Source: Botryllus schlosseri (taxonomy: Eukaryota). From it: a stretch of 64,000 nucleotides of DNA. Shown in pieces: positions 14,901-27,002 of the stretch. The position numbers were made by a program, and so were the translations under genes. The DNA lies in NCBI GenBank assembly GCA_051294905.1, contig CM119375.1, positions 17,980,001 through 18,044,000 on the forward strand. Reading direction: 5' to 3'. The notes under the pieces were generated by a model. That model ran no database searches and was not told where the DNA came from. It worked only from the letters and a program-made list of their open reading frames with translations. Numbering within the stretch: the stretch's first letter is position 1; every line of letters begins with the position of its first letter.

Positions 14901-17900
14901 CTACCACCCTCGCAAAAACTGCAATAACATATAAATAAAATCAACCTTCGTTTACTGGAATAAGCCTAATTGTAATCGTAATTATAGGAGAACGGTATAT
15001 TCCTTGAAATCGTTAAGACCGTTTAAATGCTTTATTCAAAGATAGTGGTTCCAGACGTGGGGTTCGTTTGCCTTTATTCTGTTTGTTTGCGAATATATTG
15101 AACGTAATCAGATCCAAAATAGCCCGCGAGTAAGTCTGGGCAAAGGTGCTGACTTCGTTTAGTAATCAGCTCGTCAAATTTTGATCGGGGCCACGGAACA
15201 TTTTCAAATTAGAGATGGAGTCGCAACCATAAAAAGTTAGAAACCACTGGATCTCGGGTGTTTATGAAGCTCCGTGGTGCGCACCGGCAAAAGGCTGATA
15301 AACAATCTTATCGGTAGGACATCAACATGACCTAACGATGTAAAATCCGCACCCTGTATTTTCGAACTCATCATCCTCTACCAGCTCTACCGCCAACTCC
15401 GACCATGTGGGCGGAGAGTAGTATCTATATAGTAATGTATGGAACAACCAATATTATTGACAGAATTCCAGACCAGATGCATATAGAAACCAGATTCATA
15501 TAGCAAGCACCCCCCCCCCCAGAAGTTGCGTCGATTACCTCATAGTGTGGGCTCAAAATCGTTGTAAGGGGCTGGTTACACAACACACAACCATACTCCT
15601 GAACCGGATCGTTACCACCTCTGGTCTATGAGCAAAGCTTCGATAGTGGGACGTCATAACTCATTTTGAAATCCACTAGTGGGCGCTGACGAGTGCCCGG
15701 AATTTAGGTCGCAGAAATATGGTAACCCTAATTACGTAGGCAATATGGGCACGGAGGAGAAAGGAATGTTTCCCAAAAGTCCACCAACATTGCTTCGCAG
15801 AGCAACTAAAGTGACGAGATATAGCGTAGTGGTATAATCCAGAGCCGCAACACCAATGGGCACTGGCGTAGCAGCACGTGCTGCCGCCCCTGGCTCTCGA
15901 ATAAAATGCCGCCCCCTAAGTAGACCGCAGCAAATTTCGACATAGATTCCTGTTCAAGCAATCTTGTCAATAAAAATAATTACAAATAATACGCCGCGTT
16001 TCAGCGTCAGCGTCTCAACGTTAATAAGGTCAAAAATAATAAAGACAAGAAATAGCGAACGAATGTATTGTGCACATAGGGGAGGCGAGTGGCGCAGTGT
16101 GTAAATCAACTGCGCTGCGACACCAATGGTGGTTAATCCGAACCCTTGTTCAGGCTAGTTTCTATGTATCGGAGGTTTATCTTGGCTCTTCATCGCTGAT
16201 CCCGCTGTACCAACAGTGTCTTGAAAAGACCCAGAAACACAGTCACCTGAGACCAGAAGTTGAATGCATGGGAGAGTGAAATGAAGAGTGAATAGTGAAT
16301 AGTGAAATGAAAGTGAGCGATCGCGAAGCGCTTGAAGAAAGACGCAAATATCAACGATACTTAAAAAGACAATGACACTTAACTGTATAATTTCCATGTC
16401 GTGATGTACAAGGCCGAACCGAACAAGCGTCATTGAAGTGCCTTGAATTCATAATAATAATAATATTGTGCAAATAGAAAATCAATAGCCGCCATAAAAC
16501 ATAACAATTTGGGCTTTCGCCGAAACAAAATCAGCGATAATATCCTCAAATTCAAGTTTCAAACATAACATTTTGGACTTTCGCCGAAACAAAATCAGCG
16601 ATAATATCCTCAAATTCAAGTTTTTGAACGTAGTCTCTTTCTATAGACAGATTGTATAGATCTGATGGGCGATCATCATTCACGGCAGAACGTAAATGCA
16701 ACCTAATCAGTTTGAGCTTTGAGGAGCTCATCCTCTCACAGCTCGCAATTGAAACACCAATGGTCAGATAAAGTTACAGACACGAGCATAAATATGGTGT
16801 CGAATCAAGTAGCTTTGCATTAAGTAACCACTGTAAAACATCGAACGCTGTTGCACTATACGATCAAACGTGGTTTCACTGCTCCGCACCAGCGTCTGCC
16901 AAATTCCGCAGCTAACTCTAAAAAGTCCACCTCGGTGTTGTCATGAGTGCTGGTGAATAAATTGGGACTTTCGCTTTGCAGCAGCGCCTGGGGATTAAAA
17001 TTCCAAACATATCATTTAAGTGGTGTAGGCCGGTAAACCTAGTTTCAGCTTCAAGTTTAAATCTGTTTCTGTATTTCTACTTGTCTTGCTTTCTTCTTCT
17101 TTCTAAAGAAAGCTCCACTCTCTTGACACGTTTCATTTTCGAGTCTTAATTAACACTTGTATAAATTTAAGCACGATCTGTCAATCTGACAATTAATACC
17201 AACTTAAGCAGTTCCTAGGACTGGTTTACCTTCACAGCTATCTCGGTCTGCTGTAACAAATCGTAACTCAGAGTATAGAATAGATCACTAACCTACGAAT
17301 AGATGCGCAACTTACTTGTCACACTTGAATACCAAGACAAGCCTACTGCGGAGCCAGCTAAAAGCAGCATAATTGGTCTTGGTCATCCTATAGTTCGCAA
17401 GGCCCCCCGAGCGCTCAAATTTAACAATATTGATGTTAATCGAAAGCTATTGGTGCCCTGATACCGGAAATACAATTTAAATGCTGGTCTGAAAATCGGC
17501 ATAGTTCCGAATAATCGCTCGATATAATTTCTATTATCATGGTCAATTGGTCATTGTGTTGCGATTGTTAGGAACAACCGGCCATGACGGCTATTTCGGA
17601 GTGGTTCCATTGACATGTTAACTTATCAATTCGTGTTTTCGGAATCGGCGCCACACCTATCTTTCGATTGAGAGTAGTTTGATTAAATTTAACTCACGGG
17701 ACGCCAGCTATAGGACTACCAATTACGCTGCTTTTAGCCGGCTGTGTACACTGTGCAGCCTCATTTTGCCGCCCCCTAAGAGCCTGCCGCCCCTGGCGCA
17801 GAGCCAGAACCGCCAAGTGGCTGCTACGCCACTGCCAATGGGTTGCGTGTTTTGAGTCCGACCACGGTCTTCTCCAGAATTCCTACCTAACTGTTGTAGA

Positions 17901-18209
17901 TTTCGGCTGCTCCTCACCGTTTTTTTTTATAAAAGCCTAGAAGTTGGCTGTATTACAAGTCGGCAGCTGCGGGATAAACATGAATAAAATTGGCCTGGTG
18001 CAAACAAACAACAACAGAGCAACTCTATCAATTGAGCGTTTTACCTCGGCCGCACCCTGTCCCGCGCATTCCGATGCAACGTCCGCAAGCCTATCTTCGT
18101 TTCTTCCGGTGACCAACAGAGATGCTCCTTCACAGGCAAAATGCAGCGCGATTGCTCGGCCAATACCACTAGAAGCCCCAGTTACCACTGCTGTCTTTCC
18201 CTTGAACAT
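8912..18209 (-). CDS. Classical short-chain dehydrogenase/reductase (FabG-like SDR), 262 aa, 7 coding exons
   Basis: complement(join(18045-18209,14435-14569,14226-14322,14056-14166,12774-12810,12636-12711,8912-9079)); all introns GT-AG with matching phases, 789 nt. Motifs: TGASSGIG, VNNAG, catalytic VSS and YGMSK, GVRVNGVSPG, and C-terminal DDVAKAVVFLAS...ITGHTIVIDAG. Confidence 0.96.
9413..9800. mobile_element. hAT Blackjack-like MITE (nested)
   Basis: TAGGGTAACCATACGTC ... TTGGTAACCCTA; homologous to 7109-7444. Confidence 0.75.
10492..11416. mobile_element. hAT MITE with GACTCGAGTC arrays (nested)
   Basis: CAGTGTTGGGATC ... TTCAACAGTG ends; perfect TSD gattgatg (10484-10491, 11417-11424). 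Confidence 0.88.
13469..13890. mobile_element. hAT MITE with GGATT(A/T) arrays in SDR intron 4
   Basis: TIRs CAGAGATGAGC ... GCTTATCTCTG; TSD ctgtcttc/ccgtcttc (7/8). Confidence 0.88.
14656..15730. mobile_element. hAT Blackjack-like non-autonomous element in SDR intron 1
   Basis: TAGGGTTGCCATACGTCCGG ... ATATGGTAACCCTA; degenerate TSD gattacat/aattacgt; a related left arm lies at about 49996-50800. Confidence 0.8.
16079..16315 (+). mobile_element. tRNA-derived SINE nested inside the hAT element
   Basis: Box A-like TGGCGCAGTGTG, degenerate box B, body similar to 29945-30180, GTGAA(A/T)-type tail repeats. Confidence 0.6.
16497..16624. repeat. 64-bp direct tandem duplication
   Basis: aaacataaca..ttg..ctttcgccgaaacaaaatcagcgataatatcctcaaattcaagttt occurs twice (16497, 16561). 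Confidence 0.95.
16497..17140 (-). pseudogene. hAT transposase remnant (N-terminal basic segment plus C-terminal dimerization domain)
   Basis: Minus-strand translations MKRVKRVELSLEKKKKARQ and LYLTIGVSIASCERMSSSKLKLIRLHLRSAVNDDRPSDLYNLSIERDYVQKLEFEDIIADFVSAK, matching the hATC consensus (TIPVTVASCERSFSKLKLIK..LRS...RLS.L..LSIE). Confidence 0.8.
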
Positions 18210-18642
18210 GTTGCGACTGTGCTGACTCGTTAGTAGTGTTGGACCGGTGTTGAAACAAACCATTCAGTCACTCTGTTCAGCGTTCAAAACTGTTCATGAA
18301 TCGCAATTAAGGCTAATAACTATTCCGTGTAGCGCACTCGCAAGCAATCATTGCTTGATGACACTGCCAGTCGGCCACTACCGCAGCAATCAACGTCCCG
18401 ATCAGCAGTACAGCTAGGCATGACGATTCGAGTACTCGAATGTGAATCGAATATTGATTCTTATGATTCTAGTCGAGTAGTCAAATATGATTCTTTGTAC
18501 TGAAATACTGAAGTTATACATTCCTTGCCACTTGGGGTTAATTTATGAATTTATGAGAATGATAATTTCGATACTATATTCTACTATGAACTACCATATG
18601 ATCAGGACGGAATATACAAGAAAACGCATTATTGCTCTATCA

Positions 18643-19049
18643 TAGGGTTACCATACGTCCTCCTTTCGAAGGATTCGTCCTCCTTGATCGGGTTTTTGAA
18701 AATGCCCTCCGAGGACGCCTAAATGTCCTCCTTTTCGAGATTTTGTCCTCTTTTTTAAGAATTTTGGTTAAACAGAGGGCAAAATTCGACATACCGTAAA
18801 ATAGCACTCAAGCAACGATCAGGCGGGTATTTCGGGAGCAGAGCAGGAAAGTTGACTTTTTTTTTTAGTCAACCACCTCATAATGTGAAAGAAGATACTG
18901 TAATTTGGGCGCTGAGCGAGAAAGTTGACCTTTTTTTCAGTCAACCGACCACGAAGTAGGAAAAATTTACCATTTTCAAGATTTTCCTCCGGTATTCTAG
19001 GTTTGAAAATTTTGTCCTCCTTTCCCGATTCCAAAATATGGTTACCCTA
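18643..19049. mobile_element. hAT Blackjack-like MITE upstream of the SDR start
   Basis: TAGGGTTACCATACGTCC ... ATATGGTTACCCTA; internal duplication of gaaagttgac(c/t)ttttttt.agtcaacc. Confidence 0.8.
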
Positions 19050-20355
19050 ATTAAAAGCTAACTTCAAGTTTTGTACCACGAACCAGCTATTCTGATATAT
19101 TCCACGGACCGGCAGGAAACTTGCAACGGACTGGCAGTTGAGAACCACTGGTATTGGATATACCAAGCATAACTCCCTTTGTGGATTTCGCACCAGGATT
19201 CCCGTCATGTCACCTCAACACAGTAATATGGGACTCACATAATCTCTTCGTCGCATTTTTCAGCGACTTCCTTGATGAAACACAAATCCACGTGAAAATC
19301 AGGCATTTATTTAATGTAGAATACGACACGATTATAATTACAAAAGGCATATTTATCAGCTTGTGAAAAATTCAGAACTGTGGTAAATCGCGATGTACAA
19401 TGAAATAAATGTTTTCACGAGTAATATCAGGCAGAGATATCATCACTCTGGGAACAAGTCCAGAAACCATGGCACTCCTGCAAAGCTTTCGCAGTGCTTT
19501 TCATTTTGCATGCAATGCTCAGTGAGTCATATCCAATTGTCCATGTACATGACTCTGATTATAGTTGTAGCTACTGAACTCTAATGAACAGCTTTATACT
19601 CATTAGGTATCGCCGCTACAGAGAAATTAAATTGGGGAATTCATTACCTGCAGGCCGGCATTACGGATGAGACACGGGGCGTAGTTCGCCATCGGATTGT
19701 ACCCATAATGAAGTCAAAAGAGGCAGAGGTGGTCAATAACGATGTAGACTTTTACTTTTTGCGAGTAGGTTTTGCCTAGGCTACTTTTACTACTTTCTCG
19801 AGAATAGGCTTACTTCCACTTCTACTTAAACAGGTATCAGACCAAATTACTTACTTTACACTTTGGATTTTGTGGAGCAGAAAGTAGTTTCGGGATAGGC
19901 TTGCATCAATTTTGCGTGAAATCGACATGACAACCGAGCTTATTTATCACGGTAACTGAATATATTTTCGAAAATTGCAGTTTTTTTATTGTCGTTGGTC
20001 GTTTTGATCCTTTCGCGAATATGCATTCCACAATTTGAAAAGTGGCCACTTCTTATTAACTACTAAAGTTTGCGATCCATCGAACAAATCTACTTGATTT
20101 AGTTGATATTGGAATAACAAAACCTGTCCAATATGGTTCGTGGAAGAGCACCAGTTACAGTGTAATAATATAACATACTTTTTATAGCATATAGAATATA
20201 GAGATAGATCGATATGCTTTGACACAAAATATGCAGAAATTACTGCCGAAATTCCACAGATACAGTCCTGATTAGCTGTTGAGTATTAGTCTGTATACAT
20301 TGAACCGCGCCACGAATCTAATGCCGAGTAAACGACGAAGTTTGGCTTGCCGAAT

Positions 20356-23300
20356 TCACGCCTTTCCACGGGAGTCCACCAACTTTTCGCACACCACTCC
20401 CCTTGTCATATATTCCGGCTCACGATTTATCATCCCCTGGTGACGCGAACGCTTCATCCGCTTTACCTCAATATAAACGCGGGTAAATCTATAAACGTTC
20501 CGGCTGTATGCCCAAGGAATCTGCATTCGGCGGTCTCTAGAGTGAACTGGGAACCAATGCCAGTATCCATCGACCGGCGTCGATTGCAGTGTCTAAATAC
20601 AATGTATAATGTTCACACTGTTACAATCAATGTAGCTACAGTATATAGATATATTACCCGTGGATCAAACTCCATCCCAATCCATACCGAGGTCCACGAT
20701 TGCGTGTACGGTATCAGCGCTCTGACTTGTCCCAAGACAAGATCAAATGTCTCACGGTCGCGAATGATTGCAGGCGTGGCTTGCTGTTCTTCGCATAATG
20801 AAACCGCCGACTCGTAGGTGATGAACGTCACGTTTTGCACGTAAGACCCGTAACAACGACCCGCGACGCAGTCAACTGAACGTATAATGTTGTTTAGCTC
20901 TTACAATATATACTGGGCGATATATCATTGCGATCGTGGTGGTAAACAGAAATGGAAGGACCAATCTCATGGAATTGGCCTTTGACCACGATCCTTCTAT
21001 TATTGCGATAAATACGCTGTGCATAGTTTGCATAGCCTTATAGGTTGCATTTTCGGTGACGAAACCACTGCCAGCGATTTCGAGTTTAAGACAGGTACGG
21101 GCAATGGAGATATGCGTCAATTCGCGGTCTCATTTAACCCGTTGTAAAGCTGCCATGAGACATACTTCTCTCAAATGACACTCGATACAACATCATGCAT
21201 CATTGATTTCTATGTCAATGAAAGCGATAAAATAATATCCGAGTGACTTGCGTCAAGATTCAATATTACTTTAGACCGCCTTAAAACTTATGCGTATTGT
21301 ATAATAAGTTTTACAAGTCTACGAGAGTACAATCTGTTCAATGATGCAGTTGAAATAAAATAGCAACTAGGACACGGTTATAGTGTTGTAACGTGAAAAT
21401 TTGATTTATAAAAGTATATTGCCTATTTTGGAATTTCCTTTACTTCCTACCCAAAATGTAATTTCATCTATTTTATCCGGACATTGATGTATATTGGTAA
21501 ATTGACAATTTAATTTGAAATCGACGACTGGACAATTAACCGTTGTAAACCGATTGTCATTGCGTCTACACCAGTGGTTCTTAACCTTGCCTCCAGCGCC
21601 CCCCAAGGGGCGCTGGCGATTTTGAAGGGGGCGGAAACGTTGAGGGGCGATATGGGGGGCGGTATGGGGGGCGCTGGAGAAAATGGCTTCGCAGTAGATG
21701 ATGTGCTGGAAGGACATATCCTTAATGAGTATTCAGAGCAAATTAACACCGAAAACTTCGTTATATATAGCCTACAAAAGACATATAGGTTTAATTGTCC
21801 ATGGGCGCCTGAATGACTGGCACCGAATGTTCCTGTCTTGGCAATCTGAACCCTAGAAGACGAATTCCATCTGGCAGGGAAAAATTATATGCCAGTGAAG
21901 AAATTCCAATTTGAAATCGTGTACGTCTTTTAGTTTAGTACGATTGGGCCACAGGGATATCTAAAACTAGATATTCCTGTTGGGCGATATCCCTGTTGGG
22001 CGATTCTATATTTTTTGATATAGCAGACAGGAGGTCACGAAATAACATCATGCAACGAAGACATACCAACGGGTTCGCCCGCCCGAATATTTTTATTTAT
22101 TAGTTACGGGCCCTACAGTTTCCAAGACACCTCACAATGTTCGCTCTAAGTTTTGATGAGTCTGCGCACACTCAACAACTCACTGCGCTGACCCTTGGAC
22201 AACAGTGCGTAACGATTAAAAAAGGTCATAACTTCGGATTTGTTGTGCGCAACGTAGATTTTCCGTGCGCAGAGACCGTGTCAGCACTGCACACGAGCGT
22301 AGCTTAGAGGGAACATTGCACCTCACTCAGCTCTACCGGTAAATCTGGTAACGTGAGCAGAGAGGACAAGAAATTGATAGCAATATATATGCAATTCCCG
22401 ATCTTACTGACCGATTTTATCATGAATTAACGGAAGTTTTCGCGCTTCGCACTGGCTCGCTAAACAGTACAGCTGATTCCGTGGTAAAAGCGAACCACGT
22501 GATGGGGGCGGTCGGTTTATCACCCTATGGGAGCCCAAGACCCAAGTTTTTTCGGGGGGCCCGACGAAGTGCCGTTTCGTTCCTGCCAACGGGTATACGC
22601 CCGAAGATGTATAATTATTATTGAGGGGTCCTACCTTTTCAATCACACATCACTCAGCTCTACCGGTAAATCTGTTTACGGGAGCAGAGAGAGGATAAAA
22701 ATTGATCTCAATATACATGCAATTCCCGATCATATTGACCAATTCGGTCATTAATTAGTGAAATTTTCGCGCTTCGCGCTTCTAGGCGAATAGCTGCCCC
22801 AGTAAATGGACACCCAATGGTGATGACTAGTATCAGCAAATAGCGTACAGCCGAAGGGGGGTCTGGGGGCGAAGCCCCCCGGAAGTCTGGTTTATCACCC
22901 GATGGGGGGCCCAAGACCAACGTTTTTTTTTGGGGGGGGGGCTGACGAAGTGCTGTTACGGCCCTGGTAACGAATTAATTGTACCTAAGGCAGTGGTTCT
23001 AATACTTTTTAGACCGCGACCCAAATCTGAGTTTTAGTGGTATCTCGCGACCCAAGCAACACACACCAAAATGAATGCATTTGGGTGCCGACCAATTATA
23101 TCAATAACGAATGGTTTGGCCACCCAACGACGGTCAATTATCGCCACCGAACTTTTTGGCACCGCACTTTGCCCAGCCGTATGTTGGCCCAACGCCATAT
23201 ATTCATGTGTCCAAGCGTGGACGGGTTTTGGCCTCATAAACCGGCAACCGCTCGTTGGACAACTCTGCACTAAAGCGTCCCAGGTCTCCGACGGTGTTTT

Positions 23301-24229
23301 CCAGAGAAACCAATGTTGAAAAAAATCTTATCATGAAATCAAACCAATTTGTTCAATACAAAGGTCGGCACATTTTCATGATCAAGTCATGTTGTGGTGG
23401 CGACTTCTCCGCGTGTCTCGCTTATTGGCCGTGGTACCAAACTCAGTGACCTCTGATATGCTCAAACCAACTACAGTAAATCGCGCGAAAAGCGAAGATA
23501 TTTTTGTTGTTGCAATGACCTCAAATAATATTACATACATATTAAAAGACCGCTCTGGTACAGTCGCGACCCAAAATTATACCCTTCGCGACCTATGTTT
23601 GGGTCGCGACCCATACTTTAAGAACCACTGACCTAAGGGCACGCCCGAATATGTTTAGTTATTAATTACGTGCCATTTATTTTCCCATACAACAGCTCAC
23701 TCAGCGCTACTGGTAAATCTGATTACGTGGGCTGAGAGGATAAAAAGTTTATAGCGACATATATATGTAATTACCACCTATTCATTCATGCATTATAGAA
23801 AATTTTGGTACCTAGGGCGACCAGGTCACACAAACTTTGCTGACCATCGAAATCACGCTACGGGGTTCTTGGGGGCGAAGCCCTTAGAAGTTTGGATTAT
23901 CACGCTATGGGTGCGCAAGGCAATCGCTTTGAGGGGGGTTGACGAAGTGCTGTTACGGCCCTCCCTCTTACTCATTGTCATTATTACATTCCTTACAGTA
24001 TGAGGTTGGGGGGCGCTGGAGCACGATAATTTTTGAAAGGGGGCGCTGGAGGAAAAAAGGTTAAGAACCACTGGTCTACACGAACAACCAAGATGAGTGA
24101 CACAAGAGTAACATTGACATACTTACATTCAGGTACATCTTGGGTGCAGCAGATCTTTGAATATACGAGCAGTACAGCAACGGATATCCAATACCCATAT
24201 GGGGATATGCTGTTTGCTGTCGACATCAT
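20356..24229 (-). CDS. Secreted atypical C-type lectin-domain protein, 185 aa, 3 coding exons
   Basis: complement(join(24127-24229,20658-20875,20356-20592)); GT-AG introns, phases 1 and 0, 558 nt. Signal-like N-terminus (YWISVAVLLVYSKICC); CTLD marks DCVAGRCY, SLCEEQQ, VWIGM, GVVCE. Confidence 0.88.
22135..22318. mobile_element. Nested MITE (CAATGTTCCCTCTAAG-type TIR)
   Basis: CAATGTTCGCTCTAAG ... CTTAGAGGGAACATTG flanked by duplicated cacctca; second copy at 37834-38046. Confidence 0.85.
22991..23630. mobile_element. Nested Buster/Charlie-like hAT MITE
   Basis: CAGTGGTTCTAA ... TTAAGAACCACTG; perfect TSD acctaagg; CGCGACCC motifs. Confidence 0.92.
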
Positions 24230-26745
24230 CACTATTATACTCTGCGCCAAAATAACCGTAAAACTTATGGAAGGTATACCGCTTCAAAACCTACGTTATA
24301 TATCGCCGATAAATGTCAACGGAAATGTTAATATAGCATCTCGCGTTCTTAATATTGATGTTAATTATGATCGATTTCAACCATGGGTGGTAAATGAGGA
24401 TTTACGATCCCGCATGCATCAATTTGGAAGCGAAAAGGTCCGCTTCCCGTGAATAGCAATGGGTTTTTAAAGACTTCGTCGAATTGCAAAAGGCTGTTCG
24501 ATCCAGAACATTCGGCAATTGGAGATAGAGTCAATTACATGATTCTCGAAAAGAAGCGATTAGCATTTGTTGTTGACATTTCGCTCGTGGAATTGCCGCG
24601 TATATTCGTACGTAAAAGATGAGTGTGTGCTCGTTGACGCATTTGCTAATAGCATTGCATGGCTAAGCTGGCATGCGCGGAGTCATATCGGATCACTTCA
24701 CCACATATATCATATATCCTCACTCGTACGTAATTATGTTCATTTAAAGCGGATTGATATTGCTCGCAACTGCTATTCCTCTGCCATGATAGAGATTAAA
24801 ATATAGCATTGTATCATATTATATATACGTGGAATATTTCTCGTCTGACATAATGTTAAGTATTTGTCGATACTTGTCGAGTTCCCAGGATTTTCCACCC
24901 AGTCCTTACCATTCACACTACAATGGGAAATGAGGTTTTGCGTATTCTTTACCCTACCAAATTTGAGAAAAAACTTTGGGACTGCATCGATTGGGCAGCT
25001 CGCGATTGCCCGATACGTTTAAACAAATTTGCATTATTTTTTCATATCTGTGCAGTGTAGTGGCGTAGCAAAGTAGATTTAAGGCGCCAATTCCCCTTAA
25101 TCTTGTGCCTTGGGTATAGTGACGGGATTCGTTTTCACTACCTCAAAATATGGATGGTCGTGATGTGACTTCCCTAGTTAAAAGAATTAGCCGTGCAAAA
25201 TTTCTTTTCTTGTGCCCATATGGAATAGACTAGACGATAATTGGAATATATAAGTGGCAGTTGGTGGTTCAGTGGATGTGTGCTTCAAATGTAAGTATAT
25301 TGCCAGGAGGAAAATTTCGTTATGGAAAACTTCATAATCCATAATTCAATTGCTGTCTTTAACTGCTAAGATTGTTATCTTTTATTGTATATTGCAGTCT
25401 CAGTACTTAATATTTACTTTAACTTTTATGAAATATGAGGAACTGGGCCGCACAATTTCCACCAGATTCGACCCGTGTCACTCAATCGACAATAAAATTG
25501 CTGTAAAGTTGAATTTCGATTACCACCTTATACAATCAATTGTTCACTTCCTAGATTGAACATCAGCCGCCAAAATTAAGAATTTTGACAGACAAGGAGT
25601 TTCCCGAAACTAAAAACGGCCCCTACGGGAAATGCAGATATAAAGTTCCGATTTGAGAATAACGCAATCGTGGAGCACTAAACGCATCCCAGAACTGATC
25701 ATCCCTCTCTCTTGCACAGTTGCATGACAAAGCACACGTGTTGCCTCTCGCTTCAACTATCAAACTTGCCAATCCTACCTATCCCAGGTTTCAGAACGTG
25801 GAGTAATTACATTCAATGATTACGTAAGAAGATACTTATATCGACATGATCGGGCAAAGATCGGTAAGCCAACTAGCTGTTCCGTCTCAGTAAAACATCC
25901 ACGGAAACTTGCACTGGCTCTTGCACCAAAATATGTTCACTGGTGTGAATTTTCATATAGAGCATTATATATATCGGGTTGAGACCGGGCTTTGTAAGAT
26001 CTCAATTTTAGTAACAGTAGACAATTTCAAACAGGTGCGGTACTAAGAACTAATACGGGCGTGCCGGTCAAATAACACCCCGTGACGGAACAACTGACAT
26101 ATTGCACTCTCGAATCAGTCTTTATATGTTAGTATAACACGAGAATGGCTAAAACAACTGTTGGCTCAACAAACGCGATATTATCTCAAAGTAAAAATGT
26201 CAAAGGTATATATTTGCAGGAGCTCGGCAACAAACCTTACGTTTGTTGACGCGTGAGCAAGGTATATACGGCGTGAGTCTAAAACAGGGTCAGTATGGGT
26301 CAAGCGGGGTAGGCGTTAACTATTGCTAGGTATACACCGAAACGCGACACATTGCTTCCACGAGTTTGCTGTAATACGTAGAGATGAAATATCACGTAGA
26401 TTAAGATGATATGCGCATCTATGACCTTTAAATATATACCTGTAGATTATTTTGCTGATATTGAATTTCACATGATATTTCAAAGACGTGTTGCAATTCC
26501 AGGTGCGAATCGAGGAAATCTGGGATCATAGTTGGAATCGCAATTTCGGAGTATGTTTCATGTGTAATTGTATAGTCGAAGCCAATATTATCTGCTATTT
26601 TTATCCGATGCGTAAATCCTACCAACATTGTTGCAGCTGTGTACGAATCAGTCCGTAACTTTGTCCGGTATGGCTAGCAGATTGTGAATGCACTCGGAAT
26701 GTCCAATAACTACCATAGATTATACTTTTCGATTTTACAGTTGCA

Positions 26746-27002
26746 GTGACGAGATAGCATAGTAATATAATCCACAGCTACAACGCTAATGGCTTGCGGG
26801 TTCGAGTCCGACCGAGGTCGACTCCTCCTCGCCATCTCATCCGCGTAACGGCGTAATCGGTGACTTAAAAGAAAAGCCTATAGAAGTCGACCGTGCTACA
26901 AGTCGGCAGCTACGGAATCAAATAATAAGAAATATCGGCCTATGGTGTAAATGACCATTGTTCTCGACAAAAACCATGAATACAATAAACAAACAAACAA
27001 AT
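26746..27002 (+). mobile_element. tRNA-derived SINE
   Basis: Box A-like TAGCATAGT, box B GGTTCGAGTCC, shared body aaaagccta.agaagt...tacaagtcggcagct, and (CAAA)n tail. Confidence 0.75.

Larger units (their letters stand above)
15861..17834 (-). mobile_element. Internally deleted hAT (Tip100/ZMYM1-like) transposon
   Basis: TIRs CACTGGCGTAGCAG ... CTGCTACGCCACTG; perfect TSD ccaatggg; GCCGCCCC subterminal motifs; transposase remnants inside. Confidence 0.92.
15808..18014 (+). mobile_element. tRNA-derived SINE split by a hAT insertion (pieces 15808-15860 and 17843-18014)
   Basis: Box A-like TAGCGTAGTGG before the insertion; box B-like GTTTTGAGTCC after it; 3' part matches the SINE at 26746-27002; CAAA/CAA tail; 10-bp TSD cagagcaact (15798-15807, 18015-18024). 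Confidence 0.8.
21572..24073. mobile_element. 2.5-kb non-autonomous Buster/Charlie-like hAT in lectin-1 intron 1
   Basis: TIRs CAGTGGTTCTTAACC ... GGTTAAGAACCACTG; perfect TSD gtctacac; GGGGGCGCTGG subterminal motifs; internal 330-400 bp repeat units. Confidence 0.93.

Noticed and set aside
17944-18225. Plus-strand ORFs overlapping real exons (also 14094-14288, 20347-20817, 42741-42992, 54346-54570, 63383-63565)
   Set aside because: Antisense shadows of the minus-strand coding exons; no independent motifs.
24033-24452. 139-aa plus-strand ORF, among the longest in the track
   Set aside because: It starts inside a transposon TIR and runs antisense through lectin-1 exon 1; no recognisable domain.
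26746-26830. tRNA gene (A/B boxes)
   Set aside because: No cloverleaf could be formed; it continues into a shared SINE body and tail found in several copies.
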